This document shows positions 8,480 to 17,373 of a stretch of DNA of 64,000 nucleotides, piece after piece. Below the pieces are notes generated by a model. It was not told where the DNA came from. It was given only the letters and a program-made list of their open reading frames with translations, and ran no database searches. Source of the stretch: Terriglobales bacterium (GTDB taxonomy: Bacteria > Acidobacteriota > Terriglobia > Terriglobales > Acidobacteriaceae); NCBI GenBank assembly GCA_035651475.1, contig DASRFP010000002.1, forward strand, positions 46,597 to 110,596, written 5' to 3'. Positions within the stretch are counted from its first letter, which is position 1, and each line of letters begins with the position of its first letter. A program made the translations under genes and the position numbers.

Positions 8480-11341
8480 ATGAGCGTGAAAGCCGCGCAA
8501 CAGACGGAATCTGCCGCAATGGTCGAGCGGCTGATCGCCGCTGGCGACAATGCATCCCTGGGCAAGCTCATTGCCAATCATCCGCTTATTGAATGGGACC
8601 ACATTGTTTCTGCGCTCGCCGACCGGGTGCGCCAGGAAATCCACATCGACATAGCAGGCGCTGCGCGCGTGGCAGATATTGCCATGCTCGTGGCTGAGGC
8701 GATCGGAAGCAAGACCGCTCTCGCGCGAAGCCAACGGGCGAAGGCGAACGTGCTTTATGCGATGGACCAGCATGCCGCGGCGATCGACATGCACGGCAGC
8801 GCAGCAGGCCTATTTGAGGCGGCCGGAGAGAAGCACGAACTGGCGCGCACCCTAAGTGGTTCGATTCAACCTTATCTGCTGCTTGGCCGGTACGACGAAG
8901 CGCTCGTGGCGGCCGAACGTGCGCGTTCGATTTTTTCCGAACAGGCGAACGATTGGCGGCTGGCGAGGCTCGAGATCAACATTGGGAACATCTATCAGCG
9001 GCAGGACAGGTTCTCAGATGCTTTACAGCATTACCAGCGCGCGTACGACGACCTGGTCACGCGCGACGATGCCGAAGGGCTGGCCGCTGTTCTCAGCAAC
9101 CTTGCACTCTGCTGCATTTTCCTGAATGACTTTCCCAAGGCGCTGGACTTTCACCAGAAGGCGCGCCTGCACTGCGAACAAAAGGGAATGCCAATCCTGG
9201 TCGCCTACGCGGATTACAACATCGCGTATTTGTATTACCTGCGGGGAGAGTACGGCCGAGCGATCAAGATGCTGCGCGAGGCGGCGATTAGCGCCAAGAA
9301 AGCGAAGGACTCGTATCAGCTCGCTCTATGCGACCTGGACCTTTCCGAGATTTACATCGAGGTCAATCTAAGTGCTGAGGCGGTCGACCTGGCACACAAA
9401 GCGCACGAGGCATTTCAGCAACTCGGTTTTGGATATGAGAGTGCTAAGGCGCTGGCGTTTGCAGCCATCGCAGCGAGCCGCATTGGACAGGCGTTTGAGT
9501 CATTGGATCTATTCACTCGCGCAAAGGAGATGTTCGTCCGCGACAACAATCAGGTCTGGCCTTCGCTCATCGACCTGTACAAAGCTTTGGTGCTGCTGAA
9601 CGAAGGGCGACTGTTTGAAGCGCGCCAGCTCTGCGCGAGCGCGCAGGAGTTTTTCAGTTCTTCGACGCTGCGGCGAAAAGCAGCGCTTGCGGACCTGCTG
9701 CTCGCGCGCATTCTGTTTCGCATGAACGACCTTGCTTCAGCACGGCAGCGATGCCAGGACACGCTTCAGGCGTTGGCTGAACTGGACTCGCCGATGCTGC
9801 TCTACGATGCCGAGTTCCTGCTGGGACAAATCGAGCGCACTGCCGGCAAGTCGGATGCCGCGTACGAGGCATATTCCCGCGCGCGTGCGGCGCTCGAGAT
9901 GTTGCGTGGCAGCCTGCGCGGCGAAGAGCTCAAGATTTCCTTTTTCAATAACAAGCTGGAAGTTTATGAGCACCTGGTTGATCTATGTCTCCTGCGGCCG
10001 AACGCGCTCCAGGAAGCATTCGGCTATATGGAACAGGCCAAGTCACGCAGCTTGATGGATCTGCTGGCTCAGCCGGTCCACACCGTCACTGACGCCGATG
10101 CCGGGCAGAGCGAACTAGTCCGCTCAATTCGAAACTTACGCGAGGAGTTGAACTGGTACTACAACCTGATCGAGCGCGAACAACTGCGTCCGGAAGAGAA
10201 TTCCCCGGCGCGAATCGAAAGCCTGGAACAGCAGGCGAGGGCGCGCGAGGCGGAGTTACTGCGATCTTTACACGAGGCCACCGACCTGGAAATCAATCAG
10301 GCCGGGCTGCAACGTGCACCGGCAAGCATTTCGATAGAAGAAATTCGCCAGACACTCCCTGAGGAAACGGTCCTTATTGAATATTTTTGCGTTCAAGATC
10401 GGGTACTCGCATGTGTGCTCAGTCGCGATAGCATGCAAGTGTTCCCCATGACTGTGCAGTCGCGGGTGCAGAAAATACTGCAGCTATTACAGTTCCAGCT
10501 ATCCAAATTTCGCCTCGACCCAAAATATGTGAGCGCATTTCAAGATTCGCTACTTGAGTCGACGCAGGCACACCTGAAGAATTTGTATCAGGAACTAATT
10601 GCGCCGTTGCGGGGCTCCCTGAATGCTAAGCACCTTGTCATCATTCCGCACGGCATATTGCACTATGTTCCGATTCACGCATTGCACGATGGCGAGACCT
10701 ATTTAGTGGACAAGTTCACGGTCTCGTATGCGCCAAGCGCAAGCATCTTCGCGATGTGCCAAACGAAGGAAGTAAATGCCTCGGGGGAAGCACTCGTCAT
10801 GGGTATTGCGGATGCGCAGGCACCCTCGATTCTCGACGAAGTAGCAGCGCTCAAAGCAATTTTGCCCAATGCCCGATTATTCGCTGGCGAAGACGCCACA
10901 CAAGCGGTGTTACAAGAATATGGCCAGCAAAGCCGGATCGTACACATCGCAACACACGGGTACTTCAGGCAGGATAACCCTATGTTTTCTTCGATACGCC
11001 TGGGAGACTCTTACTTAAGTCTTTACGACTTATACCACCTCAAGTTACCGGTCGAGCTAGTTGTCTTAAGTGGATGCGCCACCGGCCTCAATGTCATCAA
11101 GCCCGGGGATGAGCAGATCGGATTAGTGCGAGGGTTGCTGCAAGCCGGTGCTCAATCGATGGTTTTGAGCTTGTGGGACGTGCACGACGCGAGTACGAAG
11201 GAATTCATGATCTCGTTCTACAGCGAGTTGCAGCGGGGTGCCACAAAATCGGCGGCATTGCAGCGGGCGATGATCGGCTTACGCCAAAAGTACCCACATC
11301 CATATTACTGGGCTCCTTTCTTATTGATAGGAAAGGGATAA
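8480..11341 (+). CDS. TPR-repeat CHAT-domain (caspase-like) protease
   Basis: The ATG lies one nt after the sigma stop. The N-terminal ~600 aa are helical TPR-like repeats. The C-terminus carries the CHAT dyad IVHIATHGYF (His codon 10955-10957) and VVLSGCATG (Cys codon 11075-11077). There is no signal peptide. Confidence 0.85.
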   Translation: MSVKAAQQTESAAMVERLIAAGDNASLGKLIANHPLIEWDHIVSALADRVRQEIHIDIAGAARVADIAMLVAEAIGSKTALARSQRAKANVLYAMDQHAAAIDMHGSAAGLFEAAGEKHELARTLSGSIQPYLLLGRYDEALVAAERARSIFSEQANDWRLARLEINIGNIYQRQDRFSDALQHYQRAYDDLVTRDDAEGLAAVLSNLALCCIFLNDFPKALDFHQKARLHCEQKGMPILVAYADYNIAYLYYLRGEYGRAIKMLREAAISAKKAKDSYQLALCDLDLSEIYIEVNLSAEAVDLAHKAHEAFQQLGFGYESAKALAFAAIAASRIGQAFESLDLFTRAKEMFVRDNNQVWPSLIDLYKALVLLNEGRLFEARQLCASAQEFFSSSTLRRKAALADLLLARILFRMNDLASARQRCQDTLQALAELDSPMLLYDAEFLLGQIERTAGKSDAAYEAYSRARAALEMLRGSLRGEELKISFFNNKLEVYEHLVDLCLLRPNALQEAFGYMEQAKSRSLMDLLAQPVHTVTDADAGQSELVRSIRNLREELNWYYNLIEREQLRPEENSPARIESLEQQARAREAELLRSLHEATDLEINQAGLQRAPASISIEEIRQTLPEETVLIEYFCVQDRVLACVLSRDSMQVFPMTVQSRVQKILQLLQFQLSKFRLDPKYVSAFQDSLLESTQAHLKNLYQELIAPLRGSLNAKHLVIIPHGILHYVPIHALHDGETYLVDKFTVSYAPSASIFAMCQTKEVNASGEALVMGIADAQAPSILDEVAALKAILPNARLFAGEDATQAVLQEYGQQSRIVHIATHGYFRQDNPMFSSIRLGDSYLSLYDLYHLKLPVELVVLSGCATGLNVIKPGDEQIGLVRGLLQAGAQSMVLSLWDVHDASTKEFMISFYSELQRGATKSAALQRAMIGLRQKYPHPYYWAPFLLIGKG

Positions 11342-11464
11342 GTAGGCGCTCGAAAAGTGTTACTCCCCTATATTTCTCCCCGTTGTGGGTTCCCCTTATG
11401 ACTAGAACCAAACAGAAGCGTTGGACGGCAACAATCAGTCGTTAAACAACACTTGTGAGGGTTA

Positions 11465-12121
11465 ATGATGGAGCATTTTTCGGAACACGCATGGGCTGAT
11501 TTCGTTCGCGGAATCAGCAACTCTGAACGTGAGGAGATGCACGCCCACCTCGCTAGCGGATGTAACGACTGCGCAGTTATTCGTGATACCTGGAAACAGG
11601 TACACACAGTCGCACTTCGCGAGGGGCACTATGCTCCCTCTGAAGATGCGGTTCGGATGGTAAAGCTGGAGTTCGCGGCGCAAGCATTTGACAAAGCACA
11701 ACAACCGGTGCTGGCCGAACTGGTCTTCGATACGTTCGGGAAGACCGCTTTTGCCGGGGTACGCTCGGCAGCGGCGGCGGCCAGGCAGATGGTCTACGAA
11801 GCTGACGGGCTCGCCGTTGACCTCAGGTTCGACAGCCCCGCGTCTTCACAGCGAATCTTTCTCACCGGGCAGGTACTAGATAGGCGAGTACCTCGCACAT
11901 CGATAGAAGATTCCGTGATCATTTTGTGGACTCATAAAGGGCTCGCCGTTGCAGAAACCAAGGCCAATGCTTTTGGGGAGTTTCACCTGGAATTGGAGCC
12001 TCAGGACAATCTGCGGCTTTCCATACAGGTGGTAGGTCGTGCGCTTATCAGGATACCGCTGGCAAACCTAAGGCCAGAAAGAGGTTCGGACTTTGCCGGC
12101 GGGTCCGACGTTAGTAACTAG
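11465..12121 (+). CDS. soluble zinc-finger protein, possible anti-sigma factor (ZAS-like N-terminus, beta-sandwich-like C-terminus)
   Basis: The N-terminus has HAHLASGCNDC (H-x4-C-x2-C, close to the H-x3-C-x2-C ZAS motif). No hydrophobic span was seen. It lies next to the ECF sigma gene. The function is inferred. Confidence 0.45.
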   Translation: MMEHFSEHAWADFVRGISNSEREEMHAHLASGCNDCAVIRDTWKQVHTVALREGHYAPSEDAVRMVKLEFAAQAFDKAQQPVLAELVFDTFGKTAFAGVRSAAAAARQMVYEADGLAVDLRFDSPASSQRIFLTGQVLDRRVPRTSIEDSVIILWTHKGLAVAETKANAFGEFHLELEPQDNLRLSIQVVGRALIRIPLANLRPERGSDFAGGSDVSN

Positions 12122-12203
12122 CGGCGTGTTACACGTGTAAGTAGCGAAGGGGAAGGTACCAACATAGACTTTTGGAACCGGCTCGATTGGGGAATAAGGG
12201 GAT

Positions 12204-13538
12204 ATGAACAAGAAATCTACAAAATCGCAAATTAGCTCCAGGTTCAGACGAGCTGTGATGTGCCTGGTTATTTTAGTCGTACCGATGTTTGCACAAGAAG
12301 CCAATGCTCAGGCGCGCTTAATTGTCCGTGATTCATTGGGTTTGAGGGGACTCAACTTGACGTGCCTTTTGCTGGGCTGCAAGGTCAATAACAGCTTGGG
12401 CGACCCGCAAGGGCAGCTGTTTGTGGTTACATTTCCGAGGTTACTGAACCCTCTGACCGCGCTGCTCAAGCTGAATATCAACGTCCTCGGCATTCTGGAT
12501 GTTGAGGTCGACCAGACGGTTTACTCAACCAGCCCGAACGCCAACGTGCCGGGATCGTATCTGACGGACAAGGCTCCGACCTCATACTACGGCTCGACGG
12601 TATGGCACGGGTATCTGGTGCAGCCAGGGAATCAGTTGATTGAGACCGCTTCTGCGCAGTCCGCATTTGGAGCAACAGGCTCCGGCGTTACGGTCGCGGT
12701 CATTGACACCGGTGTAGATCCGAATCACCCTGTTTTTCAGGGAGTGCTGGTCAACGGATATGACTTTACGCGCAACGTCGCCGGCGGATCCGAAGATTCC
12801 GACGTAAGCGCTTCGCCGAATTTGAGCAACGCGCAAGAAGCGGATGTCCAGCAGAGGACGGTCGCGGTGCTGGACCAGCGGACGGTGGCCGTGCTGGACG
12901 GCGGCAATTACTCGGCGTTTGGCCACGGCACCATGACTGCGGGAATTGTTCACTTAGTTGCTCCGCAGGCGAAGATCATGCCACTGAAGGCATTCAGCGC
13001 GAGCGGCGCCGGCTACGAATCTGACATTCTGCGCGCGATCTACTATGCGGTAGCCAATGGCGCACAGGTAATGAACATGAGCTGGGATTTCTCGAGTCCA
13101 TCGAACGAGTTGGCCTCAGCTATTAAGTATGCGCAAAGTAAGGGTGTGGTTGCTGTAGCTTCGGCGGGCAACGATGGTCAGTACGAGTACGTATATCCCG
13201 GCGCGTTGCCTGGGGTAATCAACGTAGCTTCTACTTCCGATCAGGATATTCAGTCTACGTTCACTAACTATGGTGCACCGCCGGTATTCATGGCAGCGCC
13301 TGGCGAAGGAATCATGACGGCTTATCCCTGGGGGACTTACGCCGCGGGGTGGGGAACATCATTCAGCACACCGTTCGTTGCGGGAACGGCAGCGTTGATG
13401 ATGGGCAAGAACGGCGGGTGCTCCTATGCGGGAGTTGGAAATGGACTGGCGCATGCGGACGTTATCTTCAACCCATCGCTGGGCTGGGGGCGTCTGGACA
13501 CTTACTCAGCGCTATCGGCCTGTCACGGCCTACTGTGA
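12204..13538 (+). CDS. secreted S8 family serine peptidase (subtilase)
   Basis: Signal peptide ..VILVVPMFAQEANAQ. The catalytic triad motifs are VAVIDTGVDPNHP (Asp), HGTMTAGIV (His) and GTSFSTPFVAGTAALM (Ser). Confidence 0.9.
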   Translation: MNKKSTKSQISSRFRRAVMCLVILVVPMFAQEANAQARLIVRDSLGLRGLNLTCLLLGCKVNNSLGDPQGQLFVVTFPRLLNPLTALLKLNINVLGILDVEVDQTVYSTSPNANVPGSYLTDKAPTSYYGSTVWHGYLVQPGNQLIETASAQSAFGATGSGVTVAVIDTGVDPNHPVFQGVLVNGYDFTRNVAGGSEDSDVSASPNLSNAQEADVQQRTVAVLDQRTVAVLDGGNYSAFGHGTMTAGIVHLVAPQAKIMPLKAFSASGAGYESDILRAIYYAVANGAQVMNMSWDFSSPSNELASAIKYAQSKGVVAVASAGNDGQYEYVYPGALPGVINVASTSDQDIQSTFTNYGAPPVFMAAPGEGIMTAYPWGTYAAGWGTSFSTPFVAGTAALMMGKNGGCSYAGVGNGLAHADVIFNPSLGWGRLDTYSALSACHGLL

Positions 13539-13541
13539 GCA

Positions 13542-14228
13542 ATGAGCGTAACTTTTAGCCCTCCGAGCGCAGATGCAGGATTGCTGCTCTTTCGAGTCAA
13601 AGAACTCGAGGAGCAGCAATCTGTTTTTCGCAACTCGCTTGTCTGCGCGTTCAATCAGTTACTTGATCTGAAAGACATCAACACAGGCGTGCACAGCACC
13701 AGACTGGCAGAGTGGGCGCTCCGCGTAGCGCGCAAGCTGAATATTCCAGAAGAGCATATGTACCAGGTGGAAGTTGCAGCGCTGCTGCACGACATTGGCA
13801 AGGTAGGCGTGCCGGATGCAATTCTGAAGAAGCAGGGGCCGCTTACGCAAGAAGAACGTGCTCTGATCAATCGCCATCCCGAATATAGCTGGTCAATTCT
13901 GCGGCTTTTGCCTGGGCTCGAGGATGCGAGCCTTTACACACTGCACCATCACGAGAGCGTGGATGGAAGCGGATATCCGGCAAAGCTGAAGGGAAGCGAT
14001 ATCCCTCTTGTGTCTCGTATCGTTTCCGTCATCGATGCGTATGACGCCATGGTTTCAAACCGCTGCTACCGCAAAGGGCTGCCGCACACGGAGGCGGTCC
14101 GCAGGTTGCTTGAGAGCTCGGGAACGCAATTCGATGTCGATGTGGTACAAACCTTCATTCCAATCGCTGAGCAGGAAGCCGCGGATGTATTCGCTGCTGC
14201 AGGAACCAGCACTACTGCCGCTCTCTAA
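13542..14228 (+). CDS. HD-GYP domain protein (putative c-di-GMP phosphodiesterase)
   Basis: LHDIGKVGVPD and HHESVDGSGYP motifs are present. Only a 3-nt gap separates it from the subtilase gene. Confidence 0.85.
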   Translation: MSVTFSPPSADAGLLLFRVKELEEQQSVFRNSLVCAFNQLLDLKDINTGVHSTRLAEWALRVARKLNIPEEHMYQVEVAALLHDIGKVGVPDAILKKQGPLTQEERALINRHPEYSWSILRLLPGLEDASLYTLHHHESVDGSGYPAKLKGSDIPLVSRIVSVIDAYDAMVSNRCYRKGLPHTEAVRRLLESSGTQFDVDVVQTFIPIAEQEAADVFAAAGTSTTAAL

Positions 14229-14370
14229 TTCCAGATTCCTGCGCTTAGATTCCCGCAAATTGAACTGTAGACTCACGACGCTAAGGGCATAGTAGAGCAT
14301 CCCATTCTGGCTTGCAGCCATCCGAACTATGCGGCCCGTAAGCATCGATTTTGTACCAGTGGAGGTTCGG

Positions 14371-15045
14371 ATGAGAACACTTGGAATTTTCGGCGCAGCT
14401 GCCTTGTTTCTGTTCATGATGGCGGCGCCAGCTGCACATTCGCAGGACAACAGGGACGAGAACAAGCCCGAGGCTCAGGAGTCGCCGAAGGCGAAGGATC
14501 AGAAAGCGCCAAAGACCGACAACAGAACGCAACAGGACAACAGACCCCAGCAAGACAATCGAGCCAGGCAGGACGAAAAGGCACAGCAGAAAGATCAACA
14601 GAGGCAGCAGCAAAATCAGACCAAAGAAAATCAAAAGGCCCAGCAACAGCAAGACCGCAATATGAGAGATCAGCAGCGCGAGCAGCAACACCCTGCCGAT
14701 AATCGGCAAATGGACAATCGCCAGATGCGCCCAGCTGATAACCGTCAGGATATGGGGCGCGATCAGAACCGGCACGACGCAGCTGACCGCGGACGCCACA
14801 TTCCCGACGATCAATTCCGGTCGCACTTTGGCCGGGAGCACAGATTCCATGTTCAGCGCGATCGCGTCTTCAATGTTTCACAGCCCGTGGTAGTGTACGG
14901 TGGTTATTCGTTCCAATTAGCCGAGCCATGGCCGTCAGATTGGTCTTACGATGACGACTGCTACATCGACAACGCGGATGGTGAGTACTACCTGTATGAC
15001 GTAATGCATCCTGGCATTCGCATTGCGGTTTTTGTGGTCGATTAG
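14371..15045 (+). CDS. secreted low-complexity Q/N/R/D-rich protein with a conserved-looking aromatic C-terminal domain
   Basis: ATG 14371 gives the signal peptide MRTLGIFGAAALFLFMMAAPAAHSQ. About 120 aa of DNRxQQ-type low complexity follow, then ..IPDDQFRSHFGREHRFHV..YGGYSFQLAEPWPSDWSYDDDCY..YYLYDVMHPGIRIAVFVV. Confidence 0.55.
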   Translation: MRTLGIFGAAALFLFMMAAPAAHSQDNRDENKPEAQESPKAKDQKAPKTDNRTQQDNRPQQDNRARQDEKAQQKDQQRQQQNQTKENQKAQQQQDRNMRDQQREQQHPADNRQMDNRQMRPADNRQDMGRDQNRHDAADRGRHIPDDQFRSHFGREHRFHVQRDRVFNVSQPVVVYGGYSFQLAEPWPSDWSYDDDCYIDNADGEYYLYDVMHPGIRIAVFVVD

Positions 15046-15069
15046 TATTTGTTCAACAGCAGTTTGGAA

Positions 15070-15096
15070 GGAAGGCGACGAGCCTTCCTTTTTTTT
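15070..15096 (+). terminator. rho-independent terminator
   Basis: Stem GGAAGGC, loop GACGA, stem GCCTTCC, followed by T8. It lies 25 nt after the stop at 15045. Confidence 0.6.
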
Positions 15097-15130
15097 GCGC
15101 ACTATCGAGCGCAGGCATCGAAAAGATGTC

Positions 15131-15523
15131 ATGCGGAATTCAAAAAAGGCCGCGAGAAGGAAATCCGGCAGGAGATGGGTGGCGCGAGTGACCACAGATT
15201 CAACTCATCCCCCGGAGGGTTTATTCACAAAGGACGCAGCCACAATCGCTCACACTCTTGCCTCGAAGAGGGTGTCCCCTAAAGGCCCAGGCTCTGGAAT
15301 GCGAATGCTCACGTATTTCATTAACCGGGCGGACGGAATCTTACGGCCAGACGGCGTCGGGAACTCGAAAAAGCGAAGAGGCTGCTTTCGCAGAAAATTC
15401 CCAAGAAGCATGGGAGTAGCGATGGCAAAGCTGCTTAGAGTCTTTTCGTCGAGAAGCCCGTTTTGCCAGCTCAGAAGCGTGCTTACGATTTCCTATCCAC
15501 AAGCACAACCGCCCGTCGGTTGA
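15131..15523 (+). pseudogene. DUF3175-family gene with an apparent 1-nt frameshift (or assembly error)
   Basis: From ATG 15131 the protein reads ..VTTDSTHPPEGLFTKDAATIAHTLA..GMRMLTYFINRA, as in DUF3175. After ~15331 the family-like continuation (G)RNLTARRRRELEKAKRLLSQKIPKK..* (stop 15436-15438) is in the -1 frame. The annotated frame continues with unrelated sequence to 15523. Confidence 0.55.
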
Positions 15524-15578
15524 TAACCATCCATAAAAAAGATCGACCCAACCAAAATTTAAAGATTAGGAGCAGGAG

Positions 15579-16088
15579 ATGAAAATCGAGAATTTCCGCG
15601 ATCTCTTCGACGTTGAACTGCGTTATGCATACGATTGTGAACAGAAGCTGGTGAAGAAAGGCTTGCCCACTATGATTGAAGCATCCAGCTCGCCAGAGCT
15701 CCGCAATGCCTTTGAACAACACCTTCAGGAAACCCGGACCCACGTCAGCCGGCTGGAACGTGTGTTCTCTATTGTTGGCGTCGATGCTAAGCCAGAGGAC
15801 AACGATGTTTTTGACGAAATGAGCAGCGCGGTTAAAGATGCCGTTGGCGAAGTCGAGGGGGGCAGCCTGCGGGACGCCGCGTTGATTGTCGGCGGAAACA
15901 TGGTCGAGCACTATGAGATGGCGATTTACGGATCTTTAATTTCCTTTGCACAACAACTTGGCTTCCAGGACGTGGCACAGCTACTGCAGCAAACACTGGA
16001 CGAGGAGAAGGCCGCAGACGCGAAGCTGACGCAACTCGGGGAAACGAGAATCAATTCGAGCGCAGTGCGTGAGCGCCGGGCAGCATAA
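15579..16088 (+). CDS. ferritin-like DUF892 protein (YciE/YciF family)
   Basis: MKIENFRDLFDVELRYAYDCEQKLVK..LQETRTHVSRLERVF..HYEMAIYGSL matches the four-helix-bundle stress protein family. An AGGAG RBS is present. Confidence 0.8.
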   Translation: MKIENFRDLFDVELRYAYDCEQKLVKKGLPTMIEASSSPELRNAFEQHLQETRTHVSRLERVFSIVGVDAKPEDNDVFDEMSSAVKDAVGEVEGGSLRDAALIVGGNMVEHYEMAIYGSLISFAQQLGFQDVAQLLQQTLDEEKAADAKLTQLGETRINSSAVRERRAA

Positions 16089-16110
16089 ATTAGAAATTTG
16101 AACGAGAGGA

Positions 16111-16141
16111 CCTGCTTGTGAACCAGCAAGCAGGTTTTTTC
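16111..16141 (+). terminator. rho-independent terminator
   Basis: CCTGCTTG (16111-16118) pairs with CAAGCAGG (16127-16134), followed by TTTTTT. Confidence 0.6.
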
Positions 16142-16290
16142 TTCAATCGGATGTTCAGGCCGGCCGCCAGGCCGGACAGGTGGCGGCCAAAATCGGTTTT
16201 TGTCTTCGGCGGCGCGGGTGGCCTCAGTGCGGCCTGAGCCGTCGGATCGACGACGAATGCTTCCTTGGGAAGAGCCGCCTTGTCCTGCCT

Positions 16291-16578
16291 CTACTTTGCA
16301 AGTTCGTCGCGATTCTGTTTCGCCCAGTCGCCATCTTTGGGCACGGGCTTAAGCGGCGGCCCGCCCTGGGTGCCGCAAGCGCATGGGCCTTCGGTCTTCG
16401 CTTCGGTCATGCACGCGCACGATTTATCTCTGAGGCAGGCACAGACGTACACGACCTTGCTGCTGTCCTGCTTCTCACCGCTCATTTGAGTTTGAGTTTG
16501 CGATCCGCTACTCGAGGGCAGGAAGGTGAGCAGCGACAATAATGCGAAAACGGCAGCCAGTCGTGTTCCTTTTTTCAT
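16291..16578 (-). CDS. small secreted Cys-rich protein (three C-A-C motifs), possible metal binder
   Basis: Signal peptide MKKGTRLAAVFALLSLLTFLPSSSG, then ..VYVCACLRDKSCACMTEAKTEGPCACGTQGG... The + ORFs over this region are antisense shadows. Confidence 0.5.
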   Translation of the reverse strand: MKKGTRLAAVFALLSLLTFLPSSSGSQTQTQMSGEKQDSSKVVYVCACLRDKSCACMTEAKTEGPCACGTQGGPPLKPVPKDGDWAKQNRDELAK

Positions 16579-16791
16579 TGGGTTTTCCTGGAACGTCTAT
16601 TCGCGGGAGAGTAGCACTCGCGGCCGCAGAACGCAACATCCACCGGGGCTCGGATTTTGTATAGCAACTGAGGGTTGAGCAAGCCTTACCACGTAAAGTA
16701 TTCCGAATTCGATAACCGCCTACTATCGAAAAAGCGCTTTTGTCGTATTCCAATCGTGCGTGCAGTATCCTTTGCTCGAACTTGAAATTCC

Positions 16792-17220
16792 ATGACTGAA
16801 ACGCTTGTACAGCCGGAATCGAGTATGATGCCAGTCGAGATTCACCGTGCAATCAGCATAGTATGGCTATCCGTTTCGCTGATTGTTATTGCGACAATCG
16901 GCAATTGGTGGCTCGTTCCGCCCAAACATCCAGCGTTTTCTGTGATCCTGCAGATTTTCAACGTTGCCTTTTTTGCGTTTCTAATCCGGAAGATTAGTCG
17001 AGGCCGCAATTGGGCGCGTATCATCTGGCTTGTTCTCTTCGTGGGTGGGTGCTGCGTAGTTATGCTCTTTGCTCTGGTTTCCAAGGTCTACCGTGCCGGA
17101 GTTTTCTACTCGCCTTTTTCAATGGTTGTCTTTGTTGTCCAGGCTGCAATTCAGTTCTATGCCACTGTTCTACTGTGTACCTCTAAGGGACGGGCTTGGT
17201 TCTTGCGAGCCGCTGGATGA
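16792..17220 (+). CDS. hypothetical integral membrane protein
   Basis: Four hydrophobic segments. I recognise no motif. Confidence 0.45.
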   Translation: MTETLVQPESSMMPVEIHRAISIVWLSVSLIVIATIGNWWLVPPKHPAFSVILQIFNVAFFAFLIRKISRGRNWARIIWLVLFVGGCCVVMLFALVSKVYRAGVFYSPFSMVVFVVQAAIQFYATVLLCTSKGRAWFLRAAG

Positions 17221-17373
17221 CGATAAATCGCGAAATCACTCATCGATTGGGAGGAGACCGGCCCGAAGAATCGGCCGTCAATGGTCAGCCGTCTTAGAAT
17301 CGATTTTGGACTATTCGAAGAGCGGAGAGCAAGAACACAAGGCTTAAAAGCTTGTGCAATTAACCGAGGAACT

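Noticed and set aside
16180-16542. 120-aa + ORF upstream of the membrane protein gene
   Set aside because: It is antisense to the small Cys-rich gene, which has a clean signal peptide and start context. The + ORF product is Arg/Ala/Leu-rich with no features.
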